DNA of 63,668 bases, counting the filler, from Craspedostauros australis (taxonomy: Eukaryota): the NCBI GenBank assembly GCA_030167865.1. It is 8 parts of 8 records of this genome, joined end to end, with 100 filler letters (N's around TTAATTAATTAA, not from the genome) between each part and the next. Parts side by side here need not be neighbours in the genome. Positions count along the whole stretch, not along the records: positions 23,301 to 54,061 come from JALAGF010006506.1; positions 54,162 to 57,092 come from JALAGF010006508.1; positions 57,193 to 59,255 come from JALAGF010006509.1; positions 59,356 to 61,339 come from JALAGF010006510.1; 4 more parts are not named here. One strand, written 5' to 3'. Under the pieces are notes generated by a model. The model saw only the letters and a list, made by a program, of their open reading frames with translations. It did no database searches and was not told the origin of the DNA. Of this stretch, positions 49,418 to 61,439 are shown one piece after another (within the stretch, counting starts at the first letter, position 1; each line of letters begins with the position of its first letter). The position numbers and the translations under genes were made by a program.

Positions 49418-52400
49418 TCTTGCCTGCTTCCGATACTTGTCACTCCACTGGATTGCACTGGATTGTATTGGAGTATGCTGTTGCTGCTTTGCTCTTTGCA
49501 GTTGACGCCTCTTCAAACACTCCGGAGTAGAAGACCGAAGTATTCTATTATGGAATACTATAGCACTCTATACTGCCTTCCACGAGTGGCTATGCTGTGA
49601 TCCACTTCAGTCTTCGTCTCTCTGTTTCAAATGGATCCGTGAAGCATGGAGACCCTGGTATAGTCGTCGTGTGATGGTGTGATGTGATGTAATGTAATGT
49701 AATATGATGTGATGCAATTCGAGTAGAGCAATGGGCAGGGACAACACCGAATCACGCACTTGAGCAAGAGAGAGAGAGAGTGGGTATGTATGTGCGGCTG
49801 TATCCAACCAACCAAGAACACGCTTTGGTGCAAGAAGGAATGAGCGTGAATGACGATGAGTGATGGAACGAGTGGACACTGAAATCGATTCTTGTTACTG
49901 CTGCTGTTGTTTGCGTTTGTGTTGGAGGGCTTTGTCGTGCAGAGGTGTCGGATTGGTTCTTGTGTTGCTGCCAATGAAAACGGCCGTTCACAAGACTGGA
50001 CTCCGCAACGCCCGGTTATTTTCACATTTGGCGGGTATTTGGACGTTACGTACACCGGGCGATCTCATCCACTCTTGTGAGACAGGGACTCTCTTGTGCG
50101 CGATTCTCAATCAGCAACAGGCCACAGGCAACAGGGACAGGGCAACAAGAACGACGCCGTTTCTGCCACCGCCAACATCGTCGCCATCGCGTCTTCCTCC
50201 CATCCAAAGGAAGGACGCAAAAGCTACCAGCACTCGCCACACGCTCCTGCATGCGCTGTTGCATCAAGGGACTTTGTGTCGAAGGTCGCAGCATCGTGAA
50301 GTCATGTGACAAGCAACAAAAACAATACTCAAAGTGCGAGAGTACTCGACCCTTCATGAGCATGCTCTGCGAACACCATTGAAACGCGTGCACATGCAGC
50401 GATTTGTTGCTGTCTCGCTCACGAAGAGTCATGAGCAAGAGGGGAGCCATTGGGATGACTCGAGCCAACAACAACGAGGCACGAAAGTCTTCGCGCGTCC
50501 ACCACCAACATGATGCTGTTGTCGCCGCCGCGTCGCTGCCACCATTCATGATGAAGTATGCACATGTCATGGGAACTCATGGTATGAGCCCCCCGAGTGA
50601 GTCGACCACTCGTTTGAAACGGACCTCCAGAAATTTTCTCTCCTACATACTAACCAAGCACATATTCGTAATCCTTGTAGGTCTAATACAAATAATTAAC
50701 CATTACATTTTTGAATCAGATCCTACTTTAAGTTTTATGGACCGATGGATATGCGCAATTTTCGATCTCTTTCGTGTTTCGGCCTCTTGCNNNCGACTAC
50801 ATCGATCCAATTTAACCCTTTGCTGTTCTTTGTTTCAGCGACTGTGTTCCGATTTTGAATTGTTTAGTCTCTTTTTCAGGTGTTCGGATGAGACCATCCA
50901 ACAGTCCATCCACGATAGCAATAGTTGTAGAATATTGGGGGAAGCGGCGCATGCGTGTTTACGTTAATTACACAATGTGCTTGTCCAATCCGTCATCGAC
51001 GTCACNNNNNNNNNNNNNNNNNNNNNNNNNNNNNNNNNNNNNNNNNNNNNNNNNNCCGTCATCGACGTCACGAAATTGGATACTTCGTCATGAAACACCA
51101 ATGATATCACGATGCGCAACATCATCAGGTCTGCTTCGTTGTGGCGAATTGGTTGAGTGGGGTTGGTACTCCTTGAGTGTTTTGTGTCGTGGTCTTTTTG
51201 GACAGTCGGTACAATTGGAGGTAAATCTCCACATCCCCCAACATGTGAGGCCGGTTGAGAGTGGCAAACTCGACACACCAAGATGAAAATGGAGCCACAC
51301 CAAAAAAATACCACAATGGCCGTCGAACGGCATGCTTGGCGCCGCACCAACCAGCCGACCAATTCAAGATCCAAGCACATCGCCGTCACCGCCACGCAAC
51401 GTTTGGTGGGTAAACGAGCGGAGGCGGGAAGAGAGGTTGATTTGGGGCCGTCGTAGGCCCCAGAAACACAATCACAATTTGGCCCCAAATCGGCTGGTTG
51501 GTTTTGGCCTGTGTGTGGCACACACAGGCCATATCAGCGCCTTCGGATACTCAAGATGCCTCAGGAAGGCCAAGACGAAGGCACCCACGAAGTTTGAGGC
51601 TCGCGGAGCACCGGGAAGGTGTCCGCGCGGAGAGAAAGGTGGTTTTNAGGAGTTTTGGTTGGGGCTCGCCTGGCACCATTCGCGTGGCTTTGGCTGTGAG
51701 GGGCGATGGGAAGACGCCCCTCAATCACCAAGCCACCCATACAAGATGGGTGCGGCATCCATTGAAGATGCACGTCGTGAAGTATGCTCTGCTCAAGTTG
51801 TCTGGAAGAGACTGCAGCTGACCATATCTGCAGNNNNNNNNNNNNNNNNNNNNNNNNNNNNNNNNNNNNNNNNNNNNNNNNNNNNNNNNNNNNNNNNNNN
51901 NNNNNNNNNNNNNNNNNNNNNNNNNNNNNNNNNNNNNNNNNNNNNNNNNNNNNNNNNNNNNNNNNNNNNNNNNNNNNNNNNNNNNNNNNNNNNNNNNNNN
52001 NNNNNNNNNNNNNNNNNNNNNNNNNNNNNAGATACGGATCCATATCTGAACTGTATCCACATCGAAACTGATTTTTCGAAAACGATCTGTTTCGGTGTGT
52101 GGCTGCATTGCTGCATGCAGAGCCAATGTCTGAGGCCAACCTTCATGGAGTGGATAGCTGGGGGGTATGCAGAGCGAATGGTATGCACAGTTTGCTGAAA
52201 TATAAGGATGATCATGATGATCATGTGTGCTCATTGGAGGGCAACATTGTGGCATCAACAATTTTTTCTCGGATCCACCACACAACACACAGCAAACCAA
52301 CATGACTTNNNNNNNNNNNNNNNNNNNNNNNNNNNNNNAATATTCTGATTAACAGATAGCCAGGCGTCTGAATGCAATGTTTATTTTTAATTTTAAGTGA

Positions 52401-52971
52401 TGTGTTGTTGAGATATAGCATGATAAGCAGATATTGGATGTGCTTTTTGGACGGCATCTAGACTCGTTTTAGTAGCCTGACCGGGCACCCACAAATCTCC
52501 ACAACTAGTGTTATCGCGGCGACGCACATCCATCACAAAATTTCCGTCCCATCATCCAACACAGCCTCACTTTCTGCATTCACCTTTGCTGTGTGAGCAT
52601 CACACCACCTCTGNNNNNNNNNNNNNNNNNNNNNNNNNNNNNNNNNNNNNNNNNNNNNNNNNNGTGTGCTCATTGGAGGGCAACATTGTGGCATCAACAA
52701 TTTTTTCTCGGATCCACCACACAACACACAGCAAACCAACATGACTTGCACAATATTTTCTATACTCATTTAACTGCAATATTCTGATTAACAGATAGCC
52801 AGGCGTCTGAATGCAATGTTTATTTTTAATTTTAAGTGATGTGTTGTTGAGATATAGCATGATAAGCAGATATTGGATGTGCTTTTTGGACGGCCTCTAG
52901 ACTCGTTTTAGTAGCCTGACCGGGCACCCACAAATCTCCACAACTAGTGTTATCGCGGCGACGCACAACCA

Positions 52972-54060
52972 TCACAAAATTTCCGTCCCATCATCCAACA
53001 CAGCCTCACTTTCTGCATTCACCTTTGCTGTGTGAGCATCACACCACCTCTGATTCTCCAATTCCTCTTCCTCTCTCTGCAATGCTTCTTCTCTTTGTTC
53101 CTCCTCTGTTGCAGCTGGCGCATTGTGGATCGCCACGATTTCAGATGCTGCTACTTTGCTTGTTGGGTTGGTGTTGGCTTCTGCCTTGATGAGAGTGGCC
53201 TCCTTCTTGTCCTTGCGTTGTTTGGCGTTGTACGCTGCAGACAGCGACGCTTTGACGAGCATGGGATTTGCGTGCAGTTGTACGTACCAGTCAGTTTTGG
53301 TCCTGTTGTCGTCCATCAATTGTTCGTGTGCTTCGTGTTCGGATGGTCTGTTTTTNGGGTCCTTCGCGGACGCTTCACTGATGTCCTTCAACTTGTCCGC
53401 GATGTAGTCTGGTAGTTCCGCTGGTTTGCGCGTTGTTTTGCTCGCCCAGCCTTGTACTGCGAGTGGTGGGTGTTCTGTTTCCGCGGTCTGGTCTTGTGGC
53501 GCCGTGGTGTGATCCGATGGCAGGTGTTGTTGTCCGTCTTGGATGGCTTTGCCGAACGCCAGCCCCTTGCTCTCCGCCGCTGTGCGCCCGAGTTTTCGCG
53601 TCTTGTCCGTCTTCCTGAACGATTCGGACGTTATCGGCAGCTTGTCGGACNNNNNNNNNNNNNNNNNNNNNNNNNNNNNNNNNNNNNNNNNNNNNNNNNN
53701 NNNNNNNNNNNNNNNNNNNNNNNNNNNNNNNNNNNNNNNNNNNNNNNNNNNNNNNNNNNNNNNNNNNNNNNNNNNNNNNNNNNNNNNNNNNTGACGTACC
53801 TGTTGTCCGTTCGCGCGGAATCGTCGTTTTGGTGCGCCAGGAAGCGTGGTGATGTTGCCTTGGAGGGACGACGCGTTGACCAGTACCGTGGTGGTACCCG
53901 CGATGTTACCAGCTTTCAGCGCAAGGAAGAGTTGGAACGGGGTCTTGATGTCCTTGCCACTTTGCACGTATTTTCGTAGTACACGTGTGATGTACGCGAA
54001 GTGGGTGTCCAGCATGCTCTTACCAGTTTGGGCCTCTGTGTAGATCCATGCGATGATTTT
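52972..54060 (-). mobile_element. C-terminal part of a probable Sola-type (Sola3-like) DDD transposase, gapped
   Basis: The frame extends upstream of the listed Met: IIAWIYTEAQTGKSMLDTHFAY...RKYVQSGKDIKTP resembles the E-x-x-x-G-K-x-x-x-D catalytic motif I associate with Sola3. Repetitive context. Confidence 0.55.
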
Positions 54061-54161
54061 GNNNNNNNNNNNNNNNNNNNNNNNNNNNNNNNNNNNNNNN
54101 NNNNNTTAATTAATTAANNNNNNNNNNNNNNNNNNNNNNNNNNNNNNNNNNNNNNNNNNNN

Positions 54162-54250
54162 TACCGTCCGTATATGAATAAGAGATTAACAGGTGAACGA
54201 TGCACATATACACGTACATCTTGACATATGCACGCATGTACATCTCGACA
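54162..54250 (+). repeat. Dispersed repeat, probably an LTR 3' end (...TGTACATCTCGACA); second copy inverted at 60214-60303
   Basis: TAACAGGTGAACGATGCACATATAC...CATGTACATCTCGACA is shared; similarity stops sharply at CA. Confidence 0.65.
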
Positions 54251-56046
54251 CAGCTGGATGATTGAGGTTGAATGGAGTCCAATGGTGTCAAAGCTTCCTG
54301 TTGCTTGCGCAAGGCCACCACAACATTGCTCCAACACTCTTTCCAACACCAACAATCATACACTTTTCAAAGGATCTCTGCCCATTGAATGTAGAGGAAA
54401 GATCCCAACCTGGATGCCNNNNNNNNNNNNNNNNNNNNNNNNNNNNNNNNNNNNNNNNNNNNNNNNNNNNNNNNNNNNNNNNNNNNNNNNNNNNNNNNNN
54501 NNNNNCACCACCAAAGCAGATGCCCCATGAGTGAAGTTGCCAAAGCTGCAATCTTGAATTCAACCCATATTGCAGGCCACAGTGGTGACTGTGACCGACA
54601 GCAGCATGTTTACGCCATTGTAATCAGCATCGTCATTTTTGTTATTGGTTTGCTGTGATGTGCGCATGTGTTGCATATGGCCAGTGTGCCAAGTATTGTG
54701 TACATTTGTAGCGTGAGCTCATCCTGCTAGCGAGCACAGACCTGTGGGTACTTGTACTCGACGACAGCACCGATGCCATTGTCGATCTTGATGCCGATGT
54801 TGTTGTTGTTGTTTTCTGGTGTCACACAAAGACCCAGAATCTCACTCACAACTGTGTTCACAAAGTCACAGCCGACGACATGATACCAAAACGGATNNNN
54901 NNNNNNNNNNNNNNNNNNNNNNNNACTGCTGTGTCGCCGTTCACATCAAAGGAACACTTCTGTCCTTGTTTTGTTGGGATTTTGTAGAAAACAATTTTGT
55001 CAATTTTGCGTTTGCTTTGGTACTATTTGGGTAGTACTATTATGAAGCGACAACAATGCTGAGCATACGATAGTCCCATCGCAACGATATCATGAACGTA
55101 TCGGTCGGAATGGTCGTTCTGTTACGACAATGAAGCTTGTCACCTCGAGATACTCAAACGGAGATACTGCATGTAAATAATTGCAGTTTATTTGCTCAAT
55201 ACGTGATTTCTGAGAAAGTGTCAAAGTTCCACAATTCCTCGTGCGAAACCAACCACGCAATCCCACCGCCTCTGTCAGCGTTCACAACGAGAATCGATCC
55301 GACAGGGAACAGATCGTCTGCGTCACACGGTACCAAATGAGAACCCCAAGCGCAACAAAGCTGGGGAAAATTGACCCAAACTCCCCTCAATTCACCCTTC
55401 AATGGGATGGCTTGCTCGTCGAAGTGATAAAGTCTAAGCCATTTGATTGGCTGGGGTCGCCGGCCATGCCAAAAAATAGCCACTCGAACCCCTCTATTGC
55501 TTATGAATTGGCTGTTTTCTAAGGATTGTGTTAATGTCATTCAGGCATTGTGACTTGATCGGCGTGACCAGCCACTATGTAAATGAGGACTGGTGCCCAT
55601 GTGCGCGTCGTTGTGAGAATCGCCCAACGCGTGTCAAGCTGTGGCGACAAGGGTGATACTGGTGAGTACAAGTACCAAACGAGTTCGGCACAACCTCCAC
55701 AACCACGACGCGACCGCTTGAGATGTCACCGCCAAGAAGGAAAACGGAACTGAAGCGAATCATTTGTTTTGTTGTTACCAGTATTGTCTTGGGTGCATGC
55801 TTCCATGATGGTGATACAAGTACGTAGCGTCTGGCGCTTGTGAAAGGCACAAGTACCCTGATGGCTGTGTCTTTGTCCTCGAGCTTGTGGTTGTGGCTCT
55901 GTCGATTGATGTAAATTCATTCAGAGTCGTCAGCTCACCATCTCATCATCTCACAATTTTGATCTCGATCAACATCCAAACCACAACCACAACCACAACC
56001 ACAACAAACACGAAATCAACAAACCAAGAAACCAAACAACATAACC

Positions 56047-57092
56047 ATGAAGCTCTCCTCAGCCCTTGCCATCCTCATCGCCGTTGCCGCAACAACATCC
56101 ATCGCCGATGCGTCTTCCGTCCCGTCCTCTGGCAACCCCGACAATGGCAAGAACGATGACAACGATGGCCATGCCCACGGTCAGCGCCGCGCCCTCAGGC
56201 GTGGTGGGGACGCACCCAAGGCCGGTCATCACCGTGAGATGGCCAAGGTGCATACCAAACGCACTAACCCCAACCATTCCAGCCATCCAGAGCACAACCC
56301 AAAACCAAGGACGAAGACCACTGGTGGCGCCAAGAGACACGGACACGGCGGCAAGCCAAACCACAAGAAGCGCGGTGGCTCCATCTCCACCAACAACTAC
56401 GAGACCCACATCGTAGGCGGCGCCGAGGCAACACAAGGAGAGTACCCCGAGTTCGTCCATTGGGCTATCGGGTGCGGCGGGTCGCTCATCACCCGTGACA
56501 TCGTCCTCACTGCCGCTCATTGCGACTCGCCAGACACGATCGGGATGGACGCCATCATTGGCGCCTACAATGAGTTCGCATGGAACGAGCCAACCGGTCC
56601 CGGCGTCCGACAGATCGTCGAAAAGAAAGTCCATCCGGACTACGCCGTCACTCAGATCAACGACATCATGTTGTACCGCCTGTCCCAACCCGCACCGGCC
56701 AACACACCAGTGATGAAGATCAATGACAAGTTTGGTGTTCCGGGAACTGATGGATCTGGCAATCCGCAGACTATGACAGTGATTGGGTTTGGAGACACAT
56801 CGGATGGTGGTAGCCCATCGGACATCTTGATGGAGCTGGACATTCAGCAGGTCGATACTACATGGTGTAACGCGGCGGATAGGTACAACGGACAAGTTTC
56901 GAACTCAGCGGAGTTCTGTGCCGGTTACCTACAGGACGGCGCCCATCAAGGCGGCAAGGACTCCTGCCAGGGCGATTCCGGCGGTCCAGTCTTCGTGACT
57001 GACGGCGGTGAGCGTGTCCAGGTCGGCGTTGTGTCTTGGGGTATTGGCTGTGCCGATCAGCGATACCCTGGAGTGTACGCTCGTGTGAGCAA
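56047..57092 (+). CDS. Secreted trypsin-like serine protease (S1A), 3'-truncated
   Basis: Signal peptide, long basic propeptide, IVGG at 56410, LTAAHC (His), NDIML (Asp), DSCQGDSGGP (Ser, with Asp189 equivalent), GVVSWG, PGVYARVS. Confidence 0.96.
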
Positions 57093-57591
57093 NNNNNNNN
57101 NNNNNNNNNNNNNNNNNNNNNNNNNNNNNNNNNNNNTTAATTAATTAANNNNNNNNNNNNNNNNNNNNNNNNNNNNNNNNNNNNNNNNNNNNACGCTGCT
57201 TTCTCATGCTTGGTTTGTGGTGTGAGGGATGGTCTCACAACACAACAACAATGACACCTCGCAACAACAACAACAAGCCAACTCGGCATAAAACACATCC
57301 CATCTTCAACAAATCCGGTTTCCGNNNNNNNNNNNNNNNNNNNNNNNNNNNNNNNNNNNNNNNNNNNNNNNNNNNNNNNNNNNNNNNNNNNNNNNNNNNN
57401 NNNNNNNNNNNNNNNNNNNNNNNNNNNNNNNNNNNNNNNNNNNNNNNNNNNNNNNNNNNNNNNNNNNNNNNNNNNNNNNNNNNNNNNNNNNTCAATCGCT
57501 TCAACAAGCATCAGTCTCGGCGAGAACGTAAGTGCCAACAGTGATGAGATGAATGATGGCATCATTTGTGTGGTGACGTGATTTTCCTGTC

Positions 57592-59255
57592 TTGCGGTGT
57601 GAATTTTGTGGTGGCCACTCACATCCCTCCTGCTTCTCTTTCTCAGCCTTTGAGAAGACATTCCGACAACGTCTGGGATTGCCGGGAACACCCGAACGCA
57701 ATCGAGACGTTCCGGGACTCGATCAGCTCTCCCTCCAGCCAGGAAGCGACAGCAGTCCTCCACGTGGAAACGAACAGAACAACAACAACAACACGGAAAA
57801 TCAAAGCAACAACAACGCACCATCCGCCAACGCCGACGAAAGCAGTGAAGACGAAGACTTCGAACTTGGCGACGACGACGACGATCAATCATTGATCACA
57901 ACGGAGTCGTACGACACCATCGAAAGCGAGGACGGCCGCCCCCACCAAGACAACATCCCTGCCATCACTCAAGACGCCAGTCCAGTCGCCCGCCTGCCAT
58001 TCGCTTCCAACGAGCGCATCGACAGTGACGAAGACGACGACGAAGACGAGTACACCTTCAAGACCGTCAAATCCAGTGACGACGTCGAGGTTGTTGGCAC
58101 ATCAGCACCACCTCCTCGTGTCCTCTTCACAGAGCTCCCTCTCCAATCCAAGCCCAGCACAAGCACACAAGACGCCAAGATGCCTGCACAAAAGGCTGCC
58201 CCAAAGAAGCCCGCCGAGAACAGCGACACGAATCTGGCTGTGTCTCAGAAGGTTCAGAGCTGCGGTGGGAAGATCTCGACTGAGATCCCTGGATTGCATT
58301 TCATCCCAATCCAGGTTCCAGATCCCAACTCTTCTGCAACCCACGCAAGCATGCGAACTGGATATATCGTGTACTTCGAGGTTCCTTTTGGAGTGACAAT
58401 GGATTCTGTCGAATTCAAGATTGTTGATGAGAGCACCATCAGCGTCAGCTACGCCAAAAGCGTGCGCAACTACAACACCAAATACAGGGTGACGGAGGAG
58501 CACCTCCAGGTTGGGAATCTGGACCCCCAGATCCAAAGCTACTTTGACATCTTCTGGGGCCACTTCAAGGCTGAGCATGACACTGAGAAACATGCAGTCA
58601 GTCTCACGGACTCATTTCCGAGCAAGGTGTAGCTGGATTTTGTGGATCCTGAAAACGGGTACGCCAAGGTTGGCGAGGATGACGATCCCATCACTCTTCT
58701 TCATTTTCAAGCAGNNNNNNNNNNNNNNNNNNNNNNNNNNNNNNNNNNNNNNNNNNNNNNNNNNGAGGTCATTGCTACATCGGCACCACCTCCTCGCGTC
58801 CTCTTCACAGAGCTCCCTCTCCAGTCCAAGCCCACAACGAGCACACAAGACGCCAAGATGCCTGCACAAAAGGCCGCCCCAAAGAAGCCCGCCGAGAACA
58901 ACGACACGAATCTGGCTGTGTCTCAGAAGGTTCAGAGCTGCGGTGGGAAGATCTCAACTGAGATCCCTGGATTGCATTTCATCCCAATCCAGGTTCCAGA
59001 TCCCAACTCTTCTGCAACCCACGCAAGCATGCGAACTGGATACATTGTGTACTTCGAGGTTCCTTTTGGAGTGACAATGGATTCTGTCGAATTCAAGATC
59101 GTTGATGAGAGCGCCATCAGTGTCAGCTACGCCAAAAACGTGCGCAACTACAACACCAAATACAGGGTGATGGAGGAGCACCTCCAGGTTGGGAATCTGG
59201 ACCCCCAGATCCAAAGCTACTTTGACATCTTCTGGGGCCACTTCAAGGCTGAGCA
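57592..59255 (+). pseudogene. Unknown protein with acidic low-complexity N-half and beta-rich C-domain; in-frame TAG at 58630; partly duplicated
   Basis: ORF 57592-58632 continues in the same frame after the stop (FPSKV*LDFVDPENG). 58086-58577 is repeated at 58765-59255 with substitutions. 5' end unresolved. Confidence 0.5.
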
Positions 59256-61439
59256 NNNNNNNNNNNNNNNNNNNNNNNNNNNNNNNNNNNNNNNNNNNNT
59301 TAATTAATTAANNNNNNNNNNNNNNNNNNNNNNNNNNNNNNNNNNNNNNNNNNNNGCGTTGATACCACCATGAACCTCATCGATTTCGCCCACTTTGCAG
59401 GAGCATCCTTTCAGAACATGGAAGAGCCACCAGATGCAGCATTCCACATGCTGAGAGCAGAATGAAGTGAGCCACTCCCGAGTGCAAAGAGAATCAGCAG
59501 AAGAAGATTGCCATCGCTGCCTTCTCCTTCCCATCCTGCAAGATCAACGTTGATACTGCCACCTCCTTCAACACCTTCAGCATGGCCAAGGCTATCCTGC
59601 AACAGCTCAAGAGCAAGGGATGCGATGTCAGTGGTGGCAACAGCATTGACAAAGCCACCAAGGAGGATATGCTGAAGGCCNNNNNNNNNNNNNNNNNNNN
59701 NNNNNNNNNNNNNNNNNNNNNNNNNNNNNNNNNNNNNNNNNNNNNNNNNNNTCCCACCACAGGGATCCAGGCAAGTACTATTCATGATGATGTTTTGAAT
59801 GCAAGCGAGATCACAACTGCCTCCTCTTTGCCAATTCCGTCAACGCTGCTAGCCTACATCACAGACTCATGGCCTACACGTACCCATCACCCAATTCTCT
59901 GTTGAAATTCCCTGTTGTCCCAACAGTACCGTGCTCATGTATCGCTCAGGAGTGATCGATCCTACACTTGCCATGTTGAAAGTGAGGGGGGTTTTGTTAT
60001 TTCTGTCCTCTGTTCTGGTTCAGTCCTGGACGATCAGGAATTTCTGATGCCACACATTTCGACAAGGGTCGTCAGGTTTTGCAGATGAATAACTGCCCTT
60101 TGCTGTGCACGGTAATGTGGCACCTGAGTTGCCCTCTCTTGTTTGCACATGTTTAAACCTCTCCTTTTGAGTTGCAAGCACCAAGTCCCAGAGTTCAATG
60201 TTTGGATGACCAATGTCGAGATGTACATGTGAGTATATGTCGAGATGTACAAGTATATGTGCATCGTTCACCTGTTATTCTCTCATACGCACTTGGACGG
60301 TACAACTACATTCGTGTCGATAGTATGCTGTGATTCNNNNNNNNNNNNNNNNNNNNNNNNNNNNNNNNNNNNNNNNNNNNNNNNNNNNNNNNNNNNNNNN
60401 NNNNNNNNNNNNNNNNNNNNNNNNNNNNNNNNNNNNNNNNNNNNNNNNNNNNNNNNNNNNNNNNNNNNNNNNNNNNNNNNNNNNNNNNNNNNNNNNNNNN
60501 NNNNNNNNNNNNNNNNNNNNNNNNNNNNNNNNNNNNNNTGACATCTGGAGAGCAGAAGGACGCCTACTGACGTCGACAGGATGTCATCATGTCACCACGT
60601 TGACATCTGTCTCCAAGTCAGAACAGGAGGTGAAGATCCGATGACCAAAGAGGATCAGCATCATGAATACAGAAGGTGAACTTCAAATGGTAAGTACTCA
60701 TGAAGTAGGAGCCAGTACTGAATGAACGGAGTGTCGAATGCGGAGTACGCATCGAACACGGAGTATCATGTAGCACAAGCGCACGATGTTGAGAGAGAGA
60801 ATACAGAGAGGAGCGAGAGAGTATCTCGCGCACCGACTCATAGTCGGAGACTGAATCTACAAAACAGATTGAAGCACCGAGAGCATCGGGCAAGAGAACG
60901 GGTGTACACCAAGAGGATTGGAGTGCCAACGTAATGAAATAGCAAATGAACGACTATCAACCAACACCATCTTCCACGATCGTAGGTTACCGTGAGCGGA
61001 ACTTGCCAACAGACCAACTGGGGATGAATACAATGTGAATGACCAAGTTGTTGACTTGCTCATTGCTCAGATCAACTTCCCGGAACTTGGCACTTGTGAA
61101 CTATTGTAGAGCTTGTCAGCGATGCCCCCCATCGCCTCTTCCTTGACTTGTTCTGCTGAAGTTTGTTTGGCATTGTTGGCTTCCATTTTTGGGTTGGTGT
61201 GTTGCTGCCATGGGACTGTGCACGGACACCAGAACCAGACCACCATCATTGCAGTTGGCAAAGCTGACACCAATGGGCAAGGATGAGGGTGGTGCTAGTG
61301 CGACAGGCATCAATGAGATGAATCTGGAGGCAGTGGATGNNNNNNNNNNNNNNNNNNNNNNNNNNNNNNNNNNNNNNNNNNNNTTAATTAATTAANNNNN
61401 NNNNNNNNNNNNNNNNNNNNNNNNNNNNNNNNNNNNNNN

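Noticed and set aside
59356..61339. Protein-coding gene on scaffold 7
   Set aside because: Only short stop-interrupted fragments between gaps; cannot assign.
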